Positions 20,187 through 31,015 are shown, counted from the stretch's first letter. The stretch: DNA of 56,341 bases from Methylohalobius sp. (GCA_046295755.1 JBKBMR010000001.1:1-56341), one strand, 5' to 3'. Numbers and translations are program-made. Notes: generated by a model from the sequence alone, not told the origin.

Positions 20187-20635
20187 GCATCTCCCAACAG
20201 GGTGCGGATGTGCTCTGCCTCGAAACCACGCTGGGCCAAAAAACGGTAGCGCTTGCCGTACTCACTTGCGGTTTGGATCGGCCGGTTCCCGTACTTACGC
20301 CGATAAACTTCCTGGGCGGCTTGCTGCCAATCGATGGCCAGCGCGCTCAAGACCTGCTCGATCAAACCATCTTCGATTCCTTTGGCTTTTAGCTCCAACC
20401 GGATTCGCACAGGACCCATACCGCGCTCGTGGCGCGTTCGAATGAAACTCTCCACAAACCGGCGTTCGTCTTGCCAGCCGACCGCTTGGATCTCAGCGAC
20501 GACCTGAGCCGCAAGATCCTCGGTGATTCCCCGCCTGCGCAGTTTCCACAGCAGTTCACGCGCGCTGTGCTCGCGTCGCGTCAGGAGTTTCAAGGCAAGA
20601 TTTTTTATTTTAGCCCGATCGTCCGTCTCACTCAG
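20183..20635 (-). CDS. recX: Recombination regulator RecX (start probably CTG 20635, otherwise TTG 20593)
   Basis: [30 protein letters not shown]; lies between recA and alaS. Confidence 0.9.
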   Translation of the reverse strand: MSETDDRAKIKNLALKLLTRREHSARELLWKLRRRGITEDLAAQVVAEIQAVGWQDERRFVESFIRTRHERGMGPVRIRLELKAKGIEDGLIEQVLSALAIDWQQAAQEVYRRKYGNRPIQTASEYGKRYRFLAQRGFEAEHIRTLLGDA

Positions 20636-20640
20636 CTCGT

Positions 20641-21681
20641 TTACTCCTCCAGCGGGGCTTCAGCGGTAGGTTGGGCCTCAGCCAGAGCCGGGCCGAAGAT
20701 CTTTTCCCGGATTTTCTGCTCCAACGCGCGTGCGACTTCCGGGTGCTCCTTCAAATATTGGCGAGCATTGTCTTTGCCTTGACCGATACGCTCCTGGCCG
20801 ATGCTGTACCAAGCACCGGATTTCTGGACTAAGTCGTGCTCGACTCCGAGATCAATCAACTCTCCCTCCTTGGAAATCCCCTCGTTGTAGAGAATCTCAA
20901 AGCTGGCGGTTTTGAACGGCGGCGCTACTTTGTTCTTGACCACTTTGACGCTGGTGTCGTTGCCGATGACTTCCTCGCCTTTCTTGATCGCCCCCGTGCG
21001 GCGGATGTCGAGCCGTACCGAAGCGTAGAATTTCAGCGCATTGCCACCGGTGGTGGTCTCCGGGTTGCCAAACATCACCCCGATCTTCATCCGGATTTGA
21101 TTGATAAAGATCACCAGGGTGTTGGAACGTTTGATGTTGGCGGTCAACTTCCTCAATGCCTGGGACATTAGCCTGGCCTGAAGCCCCACGTGGGCATCGC
21201 CCATCTCGCCCTCGATCTCGGCCTTGGGGGTCAGCGCTGCCACGGAGTCCACCACGATCACATCCACCGCCCCAGAACGCACCAGCATGTCGACGATTTC
21301 TAAGGCCTGTTCACCGGTGTCCGGCTGGGAGATCAGAAGGTCGTCCAGGTTGACGCCCAGGCGCTGAGCATAGGCGGGGTCTAGTGCGTGCTCGGCGTCC
21401 ACGAACGCCGCCACCCCTCCTCTATTCTGCGCTTGGGCAATGGTCGACAGCGCCAATGTGGTCTTGCCCGAGGACTCAGGCCCATAGATCTCAACGATTC
21501 GCCCTCTCGGTAAGCCTCCTATCCCTAGGGCCACGTCTAAGCTCAAAGAGCCGCTGGGGATGGCTTCGATTTCGCGTACCAAACCGACATCGCCCAGGCG
21601 CATCACCGTGCCCTTGCCGTATTGTTTCTCGATCTGCAACAGCGCCGCACTGAGCGCCTTGCGCTTGTTTTCGTCCAACAT
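20641..21681 (-). CDS. recA: Recombinase A
   Basis: [31 protein letters not shown]. Confidence 0.99.
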   Translation of the reverse strand: MLDENKRKALSAALLQIEKQYGKGTVMRLGDVGLVREIEAIPSGSLSLDVALGIGGLPRGRIVEIYGPESSGKTTLALSTIAQAQNRGGVAAFVDAEHALDPAYAQRLGVNLDDLLISQPDTGEQALEIVDMLVRSGAVDVIVVDSVAALTPKAEIEGEMGDAHVGLQARLMSQALRKLTANIKRSNTLVIFINQIRMKIGVMFGNPETTTGGNALKFYASVRLDIRRTGAIKKGEEVIGNDTSVKVVKNKVAPPFKTASFEILYNEGISKEGELIDLGVEHDLVQKSGAWYSIGQERIGQGKDNARQYLKEHPEVARALEQKIREKIFGPALAEAQPTAEAPLEE

Positions 21682-21759
21682 GATCTGCTACTCGAGTCGT
21701 TAAATATATAAATTATTGCACAATTTCAACGCCATGGCGTAGCTTGTGCCAACCCTCCG

Positions 21760-22299
21760 CTACCGGCCAGCTTTCGGCCAACGGTCGAGCACGGTATAAC
21801 GAGACCCTTGCGAGTCGAGCTCCGATTCCACCAAGGTGAACTCGTGCACCGGCCAAGGCAGTGGCTCGATCTGCCGGTTTGCTATCCGTTTTTTGACCTG
21901 GCGCGCTAGAGTCAGATGCGGGCGGAAAGGACGCCGCTCCAGCGCAAAACCGAGCTTGCGCACTCCCCGCCGCAGTTCCTCTACCAGCCTTGTCAGAGGT
22001 TGGGGGGGATGGCTTGCGGTTAAACATAAGACGGCGGGACGCACCCAGTGTTCCAACCGGTCTAACGTCAGCTCACAAGGCGCCAGCGGGAGTTGCTCCG
22101 CCAGCGCCTTAAGGGCCTCGATTTTGTCCTCGGGAACTTCGCCCAAAAACAGCAGGGTAATGTGGAATTTTTGGCAATCGACTGACTTGCCCGCGTTCAG
22201 ACCAAGCTCCTTACGGACTCTAACCAGCTTCTCTAACACCCCCTCATCTGGCCACAGGGCAAAAAACAAGCGCTTTTTAACCGGCGTGGCCACAGACAT
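21760..22299 (-). CDS. thpR: RNA 2',3'-cyclic phosphodiesterase (2H family)
   Basis: RLFFAL, two 2H motifs HITL and HLTL, FTLVES. Confidence 0.9.
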   Translation of the reverse strand: MSVATPVKKRLFFALWPDEGVLEKLVRVRKELGLNAGKSVDCQKFHITLLFLGEVPEDKIEALKALAEQLPLAPCELTLDRLEHWVRPAVLCLTASHPPQPLTRLVEELRRGVRKLGFALERRPFRPHLTLARQVKKRIANRQIEPLPWPVHEFTLVESELDSQGSRYTVLDRWPKAGR

Positions 22300-22780
22300 C
22301 CAAAATTCCCTCCAAAGCCGCCTGCACCGCTTGACGACGCACGCTTTCCCGATCCCCGACAAACCGAACCTGCCTGGTGCAACAAGATTGACCTTTAACC
22401 TGCCAGGCCAGCCACACTAACCCTACCGGCTTGTCCGGCGCCCCCCCAGTAGGACCAGCAATCCCGCTCACCGCTACCGCTACCTGCGCCCGGCTGCGCG
22501 CCAACGCGCCTTGGGCCATCTCGCGCACGACTGCTTCACTCACCGCCCCAAACCGAGCAAGCGTCTCAGGACGCACCCCTAGCATCTCCTCTTTCGCTTC
22601 ATTGCTGTAAGTGACAAACCCGCGGTCAAACCAAGCCGAACTGCCTGCTACATCCGTGATGCACTTGGCGATCCAGCCGCCAGTGCAAGACTCAGCGGTA
22701 ACCAGCGACCAACCGCGATGCTTTAAGGCGGCACCGACCCGGAAAGCAAGTTGCTCCATCACTTCCTGCACGTCGGTCAC
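22277..22780 (-). CDS. pncC: Nicotinamide-nucleotide amidohydrolase (CinA C-terminal domain)
   Basis: TAESCTGG, GSSAWFDRGFVTYSNEAK, SGIAGPTGG. Confidence 0.9.
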   Translation of the reverse strand: MTDVQEVMEQLAFRVGAALKHRGWSLVTAESCTGGWIAKCITDVAGSSAWFDRGFVTYSNEAKEEMLGVRPETLARFGAVSEAVVREMAQGALARSRAQVAVAVSGIAGPTGGAPDKPVGLVWLAWQVKGQSCCTRQVRFVGDRESVRRQAVQAALEGILDVCGHAG

Positions 22781-22834
22781 GATTACATCCTAGGTCCTAC
22801 AACTTACAACTGTTCACATCCACAAGCAGGACGG

Positions 22835-24751
22835 TTACTTCTCCCGAATGTAATCATAAATGTTCAGATAATCCTGCCCTGGATTCTTCCAGGAGTAATC
22901 GCAGCGCATCGCGTTTTTCATAAGCTCCCGAAAGTCCTGCGGATAGTCGTAGTAACAGCTGATCGCTCGGCCAAGGGCTGATTCCAAGCCTGGATAATCG
23001 TAATCGCGAAACACGTAACCGTTGCGTTCGTGCAAGGGTCTGGGAGAAAAATCCTTGTCGTGGACGGTATCGGCAAGCCCGCCGATCTCGCGCACGATCG
23101 GGATGGTGCCATAACGCATGGCGATGAGCTGGGTCAGCCCGCAAGGCTCAAACCGGCTCGGCACGACGATCATATCCGCTCCGGCGTAGATCAGATGGGA
23201 CAGCTCCTCGCTGAAACCGATCTCGAGATGGCAGTCGGGGTTGTCGTTGAGTTGGTGCTTCAATCCCCAGAAGTAGCCGTTGATCTGTCCGTCCGGGCTG
23301 GAACCCAAGAGGACGAACTGACCACCCCGATGCAAGGTGTAAAAGATAGCATGGCGGATGAGCTCCAAGCCTTTTTGCGGGTCCAGGCGCCCGATGAAGG
23401 CGACGATCGGCTTTTCGTTGTCGGCGAGCAGAAGGCGGTCGCGCAGCGCTTTCTTGTTTTTGTATTTGTCGTCTAAGTTCTCAAGGCCATAGCGAAATGG
23501 GATGTAGCGGTCGATCTCTGGATTCCAAACGTTGTAATCGATCCCGTTTATCACCCCCCCGTATTTCATGTGATGGATATGCAGAGTGGGTTCCAGACCG
23601 AATCCTTGTCCTTTGTCCTTGGCCTCCATGGCATAGTGCGGCGAAACCGTAGTGACAAAGTTGGAATACACGATCCCACCTTTCATGAGATTTAAGGCGT
23701 GGGGATTCCAATTGTCCCGGAGACGGTCGTAGTGAAAGTAATATTCGGGTCGATTGAGGCCGGTGGCATACAAGACTTCCGCCCCGGTCACCCCCTGGTG
23801 TTTGAAGTTGTGGATGGTATAGCAGACCCGCGGGTGAGTCATGCCCAGGTATTTGTAAATCTCATAAAGAAACACCGGCACCAGCGCGGTCTGCCAGTCG
23901 TGGCAGTGGATGATTTCCGGGTGCTTGCCGGTCTTCCACAGGAACTCCATCGCCGCCTTAGAGAAAAAAGCAAACCGCAAGATGTCGTCGTTAAAACCGT
24001 AAATGCAGCCGCGGTTGAAGAAATTGTCCTGGGAGTGCGGATCGATGAAGAAACACTTACGCCCGTGGACAAAGCCGAAATAGACACTGCAATGGATGGC
24101 TCCCCCATACCAGGGCACCCACAAGTCCTTGTAGACCTCGGTCAGCCCGAAGATGTGGTCGTAGCGCATGCAATCGTATTTGGGTAGGATGATCTCGACG
24201 TGGTTGCCGCGGATCTCGAGCTCATTGCTCAAACCGAACACCACGTCCGCCAACCCCCCGACCTTGGCAACCCAGGCGAGCTCAGGTGTGACCTGAACGA
24301 TAAACATCGACGGAGTGGTATAAACAGGAGTTTGTCCAGGCGGTTCCGGTGCCGGCTGGGGGGGCACAGCGTCTGCGATCTCAAGCTGCGGCTCAGGTTC
24401 GGGTACCGTTTCGGTAACAGGCTTAACCGCCGGTTCAGGCAACGCCTTGGCGGCTGGCTTAGGAATTTCCGACTTAGCTTCAAGTTCGGCTGCTTCAGCC
24501 TGCTTGGCCGCAGGCTGCGGCTTTTCTACCTGTGGGGGGTTCGCCTGTTCTGTCTGAGCTTTTTCACCTGTTACGGCGCTTGTTGGCCATTTCTCGGCCG
24601 CTTCAGTCGGCTTTACGGACGATCCGCTTGGCTCAGCCTGTTTGGGCGGTTTTGCCGCTTCGGTCTTGCCGCCGTCCCCGCTGGTCTTAAGGGGATCATT
24701 GCTCGGCAAGGCTTTGTGCTCTGGATTGCGAGGCGGGGTCTTTTTCGTCAT
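22835..24751 (-). CDS. glgA: Glycogen/starch synthase (GT5) with 148-aa low-complexity N-terminal extension
   Basis: KVGGLADV, HCHDWQT, SRFEPCGLTQL; catalytic domain begins at Met 24307. Confidence 0.93.
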   Translation of the reverse strand: MTKKTPPRNPEHKALPSNDPLKTSGDGGKTEAAKPPKQAEPSGSSVKPTEAAEKWPTSAVTGEKAQTEQANPPQVEKPQPAAKQAEAAELEAKSEIPKPAAKALPEPAVKPVTETVPEPEPQLEIADAVPPQPAPEPPGQTPVYTTPSMFIVQVTPELAWVAKVGGLADVVFGLSNELEIRGNHVEIILPKYDCMRYDHIFGLTEVYKDLWVPWYGGAIHCSVYFGFVHGRKCFFIDPHSQDNFFNRGCIYGFNDDILRFAFFSKAAMEFLWKTGKHPEIIHCHDWQTALVPVFLYEIYKYLGMTHPRVCYTIHNFKHQGVTGAEVLYATGLNRPEYYFHYDRLRDNWNPHALNLMKGGIVYSNFVTTVSPHYAMEAKDKGQGFGLEPTLHIHHMKYGGVINGIDYNVWNPEIDRYIPFRYGLENLDDKYKNKKALRDRLLLADNEKPIVAFIGRLDPQKGLELIRHAIFYTLHRGGQFVLLGSSPDGQINGYFWGLKHQLNDNPDCHLEIGFSEELSHLIYAGADMIVVPSRFEPCGLTQLIAMRYGTIPIVREIGGLADTVHDKDFSPRPLHERNGYVFRDYDYPGLESALGRAISCYYDYPQDFRELMKNAMRCDYSWKNPGQDYLNIYDYIREK

Positions 24752-24805
24752 CGGTTAGCCTGAGTAAGATTCCAACTTGCACAGTTTAAGTCATCCGCGT
24801 GGTTT

Positions 24806-26071
24806 TTAAACACCGGCCACCAATACCCGCCCCATGCCCGGGGTCAGCTCAAAGTGAAAAGGGGTAGGCAAATACTCCTGTGGCCACTGCGGAGAGACGT
24901 CCACGAGCGGGGGGGAAGTTTGGATATATCGATAAAGGTCATCGGTATAAAACTGCTCGCGCCCCCAACTATTCTTGTTGAGGATAATGAGCGCCTCTTG
25001 ATGATTGCGGGAGGCCGCTTTCCACATGAATAACACAGCGCGATTCGAATGATCCAGTACTTCGGTGACGCTCTCTTCCTGAAATACCCGATACTGGCTC
25101 TTGATGCGGTTGACTTTAAGGATAAACTCGCAGATATCAACCCCGGTTTCTTCCCAGTCCGCAGGCGTGGTCTTGACCACGTGCAGGGGCTTTTCGAAAC
25201 CGAATTCGTAGCCGATGGGCATCATCACCCCAGCAGAAAACAGCGCCGCAAACAGATAGCGCTGCTTTAGAGCGTCTACGTTGCGCTGGCATTCGGCAAA
25301 TACTCTCGGCGTGTCGTGGCTTTCCGGAAACGCGATCGAGGGAACAAGGTCGCGGGTCAAATTGTACTGCTCCAACAGCCAAGGGCTTTCGAAATCCCAC
25401 CACTTGGCGCTGTTGAAGATGTAGTCGAAGCCTGCCCCAGCGGTCTCGCGAGTTTGATCGATGCTGCAGCCTAAGGTTTCAGCGACGAATATCACTTCAG
25501 GATGGGTGCGTTTTGTCTCCTCGATCAGCCGCCGCCAAAACTGAGCGGGAATCTGGTAGGCGGCATCGCAGCGAAACCCCTTAAATCCAAGTTCGATCAA
25601 ATGCTCGACCACGGCGCGGCTGTATTGATACAGGCCCTCCGGATCGGAGGTGCGGCGATGGTTGAAGCTGGCCAGATCGCGCCAGACGACTTTCTGGCCG
25701 TCGTGGATACAGAATGGATGGGCGATTCGCCCCTTTTCCTTGACGAACCATTCAGGATGCTGTTTCACCAACGGCGAATCGTAGGCGCAATGGTTGATCA
25801 CCAAGTCCTGCATCATCTTAAGCCCAAGGCTTTCTGCGAATGCGACCGTCTCGCGGACCTGGTCTTCGGGAGATTTGGTCGACTTGGGATCGACGAAAAC
25901 CGGATTGATCTTGAAGTAATCCTTGATCGAATACAAGCTGCCTGAACGGCCAGGTTGCTGGATCGGATTGACGAAAACCCAGTTGAATCCGAGACTGGCC
26001 GCCCGCTCCAAGTGGGGCGGCCAGGCTGAGAAAGGACCTACGAGCAAGGGGAACAAATTGTAAATGCGCAT
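24806..26071 (-). CDS. GH13 alpha-amylase-family glycoside hydrolase/transglycosylase
   Basis: DLVINH, GFRCDAAY (nucleophile), AETLG (acid/base), SHDT; directly upstream of glgA. Confidence 0.85.
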   Translation of the reverse strand: MRIYNLFPLLVGPFSAWPPHLERAASLGFNWVFVNPIQQPGRSGSLYSIKDYFKINPVFVDPKSTKSPEDQVRETVAFAESLGLKMMQDLVINHCAYDSPLVKQHPEWFVKEKGRIAHPFCIHDGQKVVWRDLASFNHRRTSDPEGLYQYSRAVVEHLIELGFKGFRCDAAYQIPAQFWRRLIEETKRTHPEVIFVAETLGCSIDQTRETAGAGFDYIFNSAKWWDFESPWLLEQYNLTRDLVPSIAFPESHDTPRVFAECQRNVDALKQRYLFAALFSAGVMMPIGYEFGFEKPLHVVKTTPADWEETGVDICEFILKVNRIKSQYRVFQEESVTEVLDHSNRAVLFMWKAASRNHQEALIILNKNSWGREQFYTDDLYRYIQTSPPLVDVSPQWPQEYLPTPFHFELTPGMGRVLVAGV

Positions 26072-26099
26072 AAATCATCCTTTTAAAACAAAACTAGGA

Positions 26100-26822
26100 T
26101 TAGCCCCGGACATCTCCCCACAGCGCCTGAGCGATGCTTAAAGCCGCCACTACGGCCGTCTCCACCCTCAAGATCCGCGGCCCCAAGCTCGCCGATACGA
26201 AGCCTGAGGCCAAGGCACACTGGCGTTCGGCACGGCTCAATCCCCCTTCTGGGCCGAGCAGCAAGGTCAACTCATCGCCGGGCTGAGTTAAGGCGGGAAA
26301 AGGAACCCCTTCGGGGTCAAGCAGCACACCTCCCCTGCGGGTATCCAACCATGGCTTGAGAGCCTGCGGCAAGAGAATTTCGGGAATCTTGTTGCGCCCG
26401 CACTGTTCACAGGCAGCGATGGCGATTTTTTGCCAATGCGCGCGCTTGTGCTCTGCTTTGTCACCCAAGCGGACAGTACAGCGTTCGGTAATCAGCGGGG
26501 TGATCACACAGACGCCAAGTTCGGTCGCTTTTTGCACGCTCCAATCCATCCGCTCGCCCTTAGCAATCGCCAGTCCTAAGTGAATGCGCAACGGGGATTC
26601 GGCTTCGCGCACTTTGAAGCTGCCGATTTTGAGGCGCGCCTGGCGACGGTTGGCGGCGCTCAACTCGGCCCGATACTCTCCTCCCTGGCCATCGAACACG
26701 GTCAGAGGATCCCCCGGCTTAAGCCTGAGCACAGACAGCACGTAATGGGCCCTTTCCCCAGTGAGGAGAAGTTCGTCTCCGGTTTGGAACGCTTCGGGAA
26801 GATACAGCCTAGAAACGCGCAA
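26100..26822 (-). CDS. rsmE: 16S rRNA m3U1498 methyltransferase
   Basis: HYVLSVLRL, QKATELGV, ACEQCGR, GPEGG, LGPRILRVETA. Confidence 0.95.
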   Translation of the reverse strand: MRVSRLYLPEAFQTGDELLLTGERAHYVLSVLRLKPGDPLTVFDGQGGEYRAELSAANRRQARLKIGSFKVREAESPLRIHLGLAIAKGERMDWSVQKATELGVCVITPLITERCTVRLGDKAEHKRAHWQKIAIAACEQCGRNKIPEILLPQALKPWLDTRRGGVLLDPEGVPFPALTQPGDELTLLLGPEGGLSRAERQCALASGFVSASLGPRILRVETAVVAALSIAQALWGDVRG

Positions 26823-26824
26823 TG

Positions 26825-27661
26825 CTATGGGAGCAATCCGAGATTACGGCAGATGGTCAAGGTCGGATCAGCCCGGTTCATGGTGTAAAAGTGTAGCCCC
26901 GGCGCCCCCCCTTCCAGGAGCTTTTGGCACATCCCGGTCACCACTTCGATGCCAAAGGCCCGGATAGATTCCAAATCGTCGCCAAAGGCTTCCAGCCGCT
27001 TACGCATCCACCTGGGAATGTCAGCGCCGCAGCGGTCAGAGAACCTGACCAGCTGGGTGTAGTTGGTAATCGGCATGATCCCCGGAACGATCGGGACGTC
27101 GATTCCCTCGCGCCGGCAGCTTTCGAGAAAATAAAAATAAGCATCGGCGTTATAGAAATACTGGGTAATCGCCGCATTGGCCCCGGCCTCCAGCTTGCGT
27201 TTGAAATACTTGATGTCGGCGCGGTAGCTTGGGGCCTGCGGGTGAACCTCGGGATAGGCCGCCACCTCAATGTAAAAATAATCCCCAGTCTCGGCACGGA
27301 TAAACCGCACCAACTCCTCGGCGTAGCGAAAATCGCCATCGGCGTGCATCCCCGAAGGCGGATCCCCGCGCAGCGCCACGAGCCTGCGGATGCCGTGCGC
27401 GCAGTAGTTGTGGAGAATCTGGCGGATCTCCTCTCGGGTAGAGCCGATGCAGGACAGATGCGGGGCCACCTCGCAGCCGGTCTCGCGCCGGATTTCCAAT
27501 ACCGTCTCGAAAGTATTGAAGCGCGTGGTTCCCCCCGCTCCATAGGTGACCGAGAAATAATCCGGCTTTAGACGGGCTAGGACAAGATAAGCCTCACGCA
27601 GCTGGGCAGCAAGTTGCTGAGTGCGCGGCGGGAAGAACTCGAAGCTGAGCGCAACTGCCAT
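26825..27661 (-). CDS. metF: 5,10-methylenetetrahydrofolate reductase
   Basis: SFEFFPP, SVTYGAGG, ALRGD, AYPEVHP, ITQYF, LHFYTMN. Confidence 0.96.
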   Translation of the reverse strand: MAVALSFEFFPPRTQQLAAQLREAYLVLARLKPDYFSVTYGAGGTTRFNTFETVLEIRRETGCEVAPHLSCIGSTREEIRQILHNYCAHGIRRLVALRGDPPSGMHADGDFRYAEELVRFIRAETGDYFYIEVAAYPEVHPQAPSYRADIKYFKRKLEAGANAAITQYFYNADAYFYFLESCRREGIDVPIVPGIMPITNYTQLVRFSDRCGADIPRWMRKRLEAFGDDLESIRAFGIEVVTGMCQKLLEGGAPGLHFYTMNRADPTLTICRNLGLLP

Positions 27662-27662
27662 T

Positions 27663-28982
27663 TCAGTAACGATAATGGTCCGGCTTGTATGGCCCCTCCA
27701 CCGGTACTCCAATGTAAGCCGCCTGGGCCTGAGTCAGACGGGTAAGTTTGACTCCTAGCTTGTCCAGGTGCAGGCGCGCGACTTTTTCGTCTAAGTGCTT
27801 GGGAAGCACGTACACCTTGTTCTCGTATTTGCCCGGATTGGTCCAAAGCTCGATCTGAGCCAGTACTTGGTTGCAAAAAGAATTGGACATCACAAAGCTC
27901 GGATGGCCGGTCGCACACCCCAGGTTTACCAGGCGCCCCTCGGCGAGCAGGATGATCCTTTTGCCATCGGGGAAAATGACGTGATCGACTTGCGGCTTGA
28001 TGTTTTCCCAAGGATACTGGCGCAAAGAGGCCACGTCGATCTCGTCGTCGAAATGGCCAATGTTGCAGACGATGGCGTTGTGCTTCATCGCCCGCATGTG
28101 CTCGTGGGTGATCACGTGGTAGTTGCCGGTGGCGGTGACGAAAATGTCAGCGACAGGAGCTGCCTCCTCCATGGTCACCACGGGGTAACCCTCCATCGCT
28201 GCCTGCAGCGCACAGATCGGATCGACCTCGGTCACCCACACTTTCGCCCCCTGGGCGCGCAGGGATTGGGCACAGCCCTTGCCGACGTTGCCATAGCCCA
28301 ATACCACCGCGATCTTGCCGGCGATCATCACGTCGGTGGCGCGCTTTAATCCGTCGAGCAGCGATTCGCGGCAACCGTACAGATTATCGAACTTGGACTT
28401 GGTCACCGAGTCGTTGACGTTGAAGGCTGGGCACAGAAGCCTCCCTTCGTTCATCATCTCATACAGACGCTGGACACCGGTGGTAGTTTCCTCCGATACC
28501 CCTCGCACGTCTTTGAGAAGGTCAGGATATTTCTCGTGCATCACCTTGGTCAGATCGCCGCCGTCATCGAGCAGCATGTTGGGACGCCAACCATCGGGGC
28601 CGAAAATCGTCTGCTCGATGCACCACCAGTATTCCTCCTCGGTTTCCCCCTTCCAGGCGAACACCGGAATGCCGGCGGCGGCAATCGCCGCTGCGGCGTG
28701 ATCCTGGGTCGAGAAAATATTGCAGGAAGACCAGCGCACTTGGGCGCCTAGCTCCACCAGGGTCTCGATCAGCACCGCGGTCTGGATGGTCATGTGCAGG
28801 CAACCGGCGATGCGCGCCCCTTGCAAAGGCTTTTGCGCGCGATACTCCTCGCGAAGCGCCATCAGACCCGGCATCTCAGTCTCGGCGATACGGATCTCCT
28901 TGCGCCCCCACTCAGCCAAGGAAAGATCGGCGACCTTGTAATCCCGGGTGAGTTTCAAGTGGGTTGCAGCTTGACTCATCAT
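27663..28982 (-). CDS. ahcY: Adenosylhomocysteinase
   Basis: [42 protein letters not shown]. Confidence 0.98.
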   Translation of the reverse strand: MMSQAATHLKLTRDYKVADLSLAEWGRKEIRIAETEMPGLMALREEYRAQKPLQGARIAGCLHMTIQTAVLIETLVELGAQVRWSSCNIFSTQDHAAAAIAAAGIPVFAWKGETEEEYWWCIEQTIFGPDGWRPNMLLDDGGDLTKVMHEKYPDLLKDVRGVSEETTTGVQRLYEMMNEGRLLCPAFNVNDSVTKSKFDNLYGCRESLLDGLKRATDVMIAGKIAVVLGYGNVGKGCAQSLRAQGAKVWVTEVDPICALQAAMEGYPVVTMEEAAPVADIFVTATGNYHVITHEHMRAMKHNAIVCNIGHFDDEIDVASLRQYPWENIKPQVDHVIFPDGKRIILLAEGRLVNLGCATGHPSFVMSNSFCNQVLAQIELWTNPGKYENKVYVLPKHLDEKVARLHLDKLGVKLTRLTQAQAAYIGVPVEGPYKPDHYRY

Positions 28983-29004
28983 AACCTCCTAATATTACTC
29001 AAGT

Positions 29005-30177
29005 TTAGCCACGCGGGGGAAGGCCAGCAGCGTCGCGCAGAATTTCGGCCTTGTCGGTGCGCTCCCAGGTAAATTCCTCCTCGGTGCGGCCGAAATGCCC
29101 GTAAGCGGCAGTCTTGCGGAAAATCGGCCTGAGCAGATCGAGTTCTTGGATCAAACCTTTGGGGCGCAGATCGAAATGCTCGCGCACGATCTTGACTAAG
29201 CGCGATTCTGCCACCCGCCCGGTGCCGAAGGTCTCAATCGAAATCGAGGTCGGCTCGGCCACCCCAATGGCGTAGGACACCTGAATCTCGCAGCGGTCGG
29301 CCAGGCCTGCGGCGACGATGTTCTTGGCCACATAGCGGCCCATATAGGCCGCCGAACGGTCCACCTTGGTCGGGTCTTTGCCGCTGAAACAACCGCCGCC
29401 GTGGCGCGCCATCCCGCCATAGGTGTCGACGATGATCTTGCGCCCAGTCAGGCCACAGTCCCCCACCGGCCCGCCGATCACAAACCGGCCCGTAGGATTG
29501 ACAAAAAACTTAGTTCCCCGATGAATCCAGTGATGCGGGATGACTTTCAAGATAATTTCGTCTATCACTGCCTCCCGCACCGCAGCCTGGGGAATTTCTG
29601 GTGCGTGCTGGGTAGACAGCACGACTGCTTCCACCGCTACCGGCTTGCCGTCTTGATAGCGGATCGTGACCTGGCTTTTGGCGTCCGGCCTAAGCCAAGG
29701 CAAAACTTTGGACTTGCGTAGCTTGGCCTGGCGTTTGACCAATTCGTGGGCATAGTAGATGGGTGCCGGCATCAAGACCTCGGTCTCGTTGCAGGCATAG
29801 CCGAACATCAGCCCCTGGTCGCCAGCGCCTTGTTCCTTGTTTTCCGACTCGTCTACTCCTACAGCGATGTCGGGCGATTGCTTGCCGATGGCTTGGAGGA
29901 CGGCGCAACTTTGCCAATCGAATCCGATCGCTGGGTCGTCATAACCAATCTCTTTGACTACCTGGCGGACCAGTTGCTCAGAATCGACCCAAGCGCTGGT
30001 GGTAATCTCACCGGCCAAAAGCACCATTCCGGTCTTGACCAGGGTTTCGCACGCCACCCTAGCTTTGGGGTCCTGTTCCAAAATGGCATCCAGCATGGCG
30101 TCGGAAATTTGATCGGCGATCTTGTCCGGATGACCCTCGGAGACCGACTCGGAAGTAAAAACAAAATCTTGACTCAC
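29005..30177 (-). CDS. metK: S-adenosylmethionine synthetase
   Basis: [35 protein letters not shown]. Confidence 0.98.
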   Translation of the reverse strand: MSQDFVFTSESVSEGHPDKIADQISDAMLDAILEQDPKARVACETLVKTGMVLLAGEITTSAWVDSEQLVRQVVKEIGYDDPAIGFDWQSCAVLQAIGKQSPDIAVGVDESENKEQGAGDQGLMFGYACNETEVLMPAPIYYAHELVKRQAKLRKSKVLPWLRPDAKSQVTIRYQDGKPVAVEAVVLSTQHAPEIPQAAVREAVIDEIILKVIPHHWIHRGTKFFVNPTGRFVIGGPVGDCGLTGRKIIVDTYGGMARHGGGCFSGKDPTKVDRSAAYMGRYVAKNIVAAGLADRCEIQVSYAIGVAEPTSISIETFGTGRVAESRLVKIVREHFDLRPKGLIQELDLLRPIFRKTAAYGHFGRTEEEFTWERTDKAEILRDAAGLPPRG

Positions 30178-30296
30178 CCTATCAACCCTTGTTTCGTATT
30201 TTTAAAACCTTGCTGACTAATTTTAACTTAAATGATCCGTCTGTGATTTATTATGATGATAGACCATAAATTTCACACCCACCGAAATCGACCTTC

Positions 30297-30929
30297 ATGC
30301 CCAAATACCTCGTGCTCATCGGTGCAACGGTGTTTCTTGGCGGCTGCATCGTCAACCCTTATACCGGTGAACCCCAGCCCAGCAAAACGACGCGTGGGGG
30401 TGTCACGGACAAACCCGGAACCAGCGCTGCCATTGGCACAGGCGTTAGCGCGTTGGCCGGAATGGCGACTGGCGCTTACATGGACCGCCAGGAAGCGATC
30501 TTACGCCAGAAACTGGCAGACAGTGGAGTCCAACTCGTCCGCGAAGGCCAAAACCTGCGCCTGATCATGCCGAGCAATATCACCTTCGCTCGCGGCTCGT
30601 CTGAGATAACTTCTCAGTTTCACTCGATCCTCAACTCGGTGGCAGCCGTGTTGAACGAGCATCGTGAAACTTTGGTCGAAGTAACCGGGCATACCGACGC
30701 TACCGGCCACCCCGAATACAACCAACGCTTGTCCGAGAATCGCGCGCGCAGCGTAGCTCGGTATTTGGCCGCGCAAGGGGTAGACCCTGCGCGGCTCCTC
30801 GACCGCGGCATGGGTCAAAGCAAACCCATCGCGCCCAACGACACCCCTGCGGGCCGGGCCCAGAACCGGCGGGTTGAGATTCGCATCCATCCTCGCCCAA
30901 TGCCTGAAAACTCAATATACCATAGGTAA
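30297..30929 (+). CDS. OmpA-family outer-membrane lipoprotein (YiaD-like)
   Basis: Lipobox LGGC, NPYTGE, GAYMDRQE, GHTD...NQRLSENRARSV, AQNRRVEI. Confidence 0.88.
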   Translation: MPKYLVLIGATVFLGGCIVNPYTGEPQPSKTTRGGVTDKPGTSAAIGTGVSALAGMATGAYMDRQEAILRQKLADSGVQLVREGQNLRLIMPSNITFARGSSEITSQFHSILNSVAAVLNEHRETLVEVTGHTDATGHPEYNQRLSENRARSVARYLAAQGVDPARLLDRGMGQSKPIAPNDTPAGRAQNRRVEIRIHPRPMPENSIYHR

Positions 30930-30953
30930 GAGATGGAACTTCACTGGCTTTCG

Positions 30954-30987
30954 CGTTCATAACTTAGTAATTTAAAAATACTACTTT
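30954..30987 (+). promoter_or_regulatory. Putative Pho box plus -10 element of phoBR
   Basis: CGTTCAT-AACT-TAGTAAT (11-bp-spaced half sites resembling CTGTCAT/CTGTAAT), then TACTTT 10 nt downstream. Confidence 0.5.
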
Positions 30988-31015
30988 AGCTGGTCGATTC
31001 AACCAATTTAACCTT

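Noticed and set aside
28983-30296. SAM/SAH riboswitch or MetJ boxes for metK-ahcY-metF
   Set aside because: The metK-ahcY spacer is 22 bp; the region upstream of metK is AT-rich with no recognisable aptamer or AGACGTCT repeats
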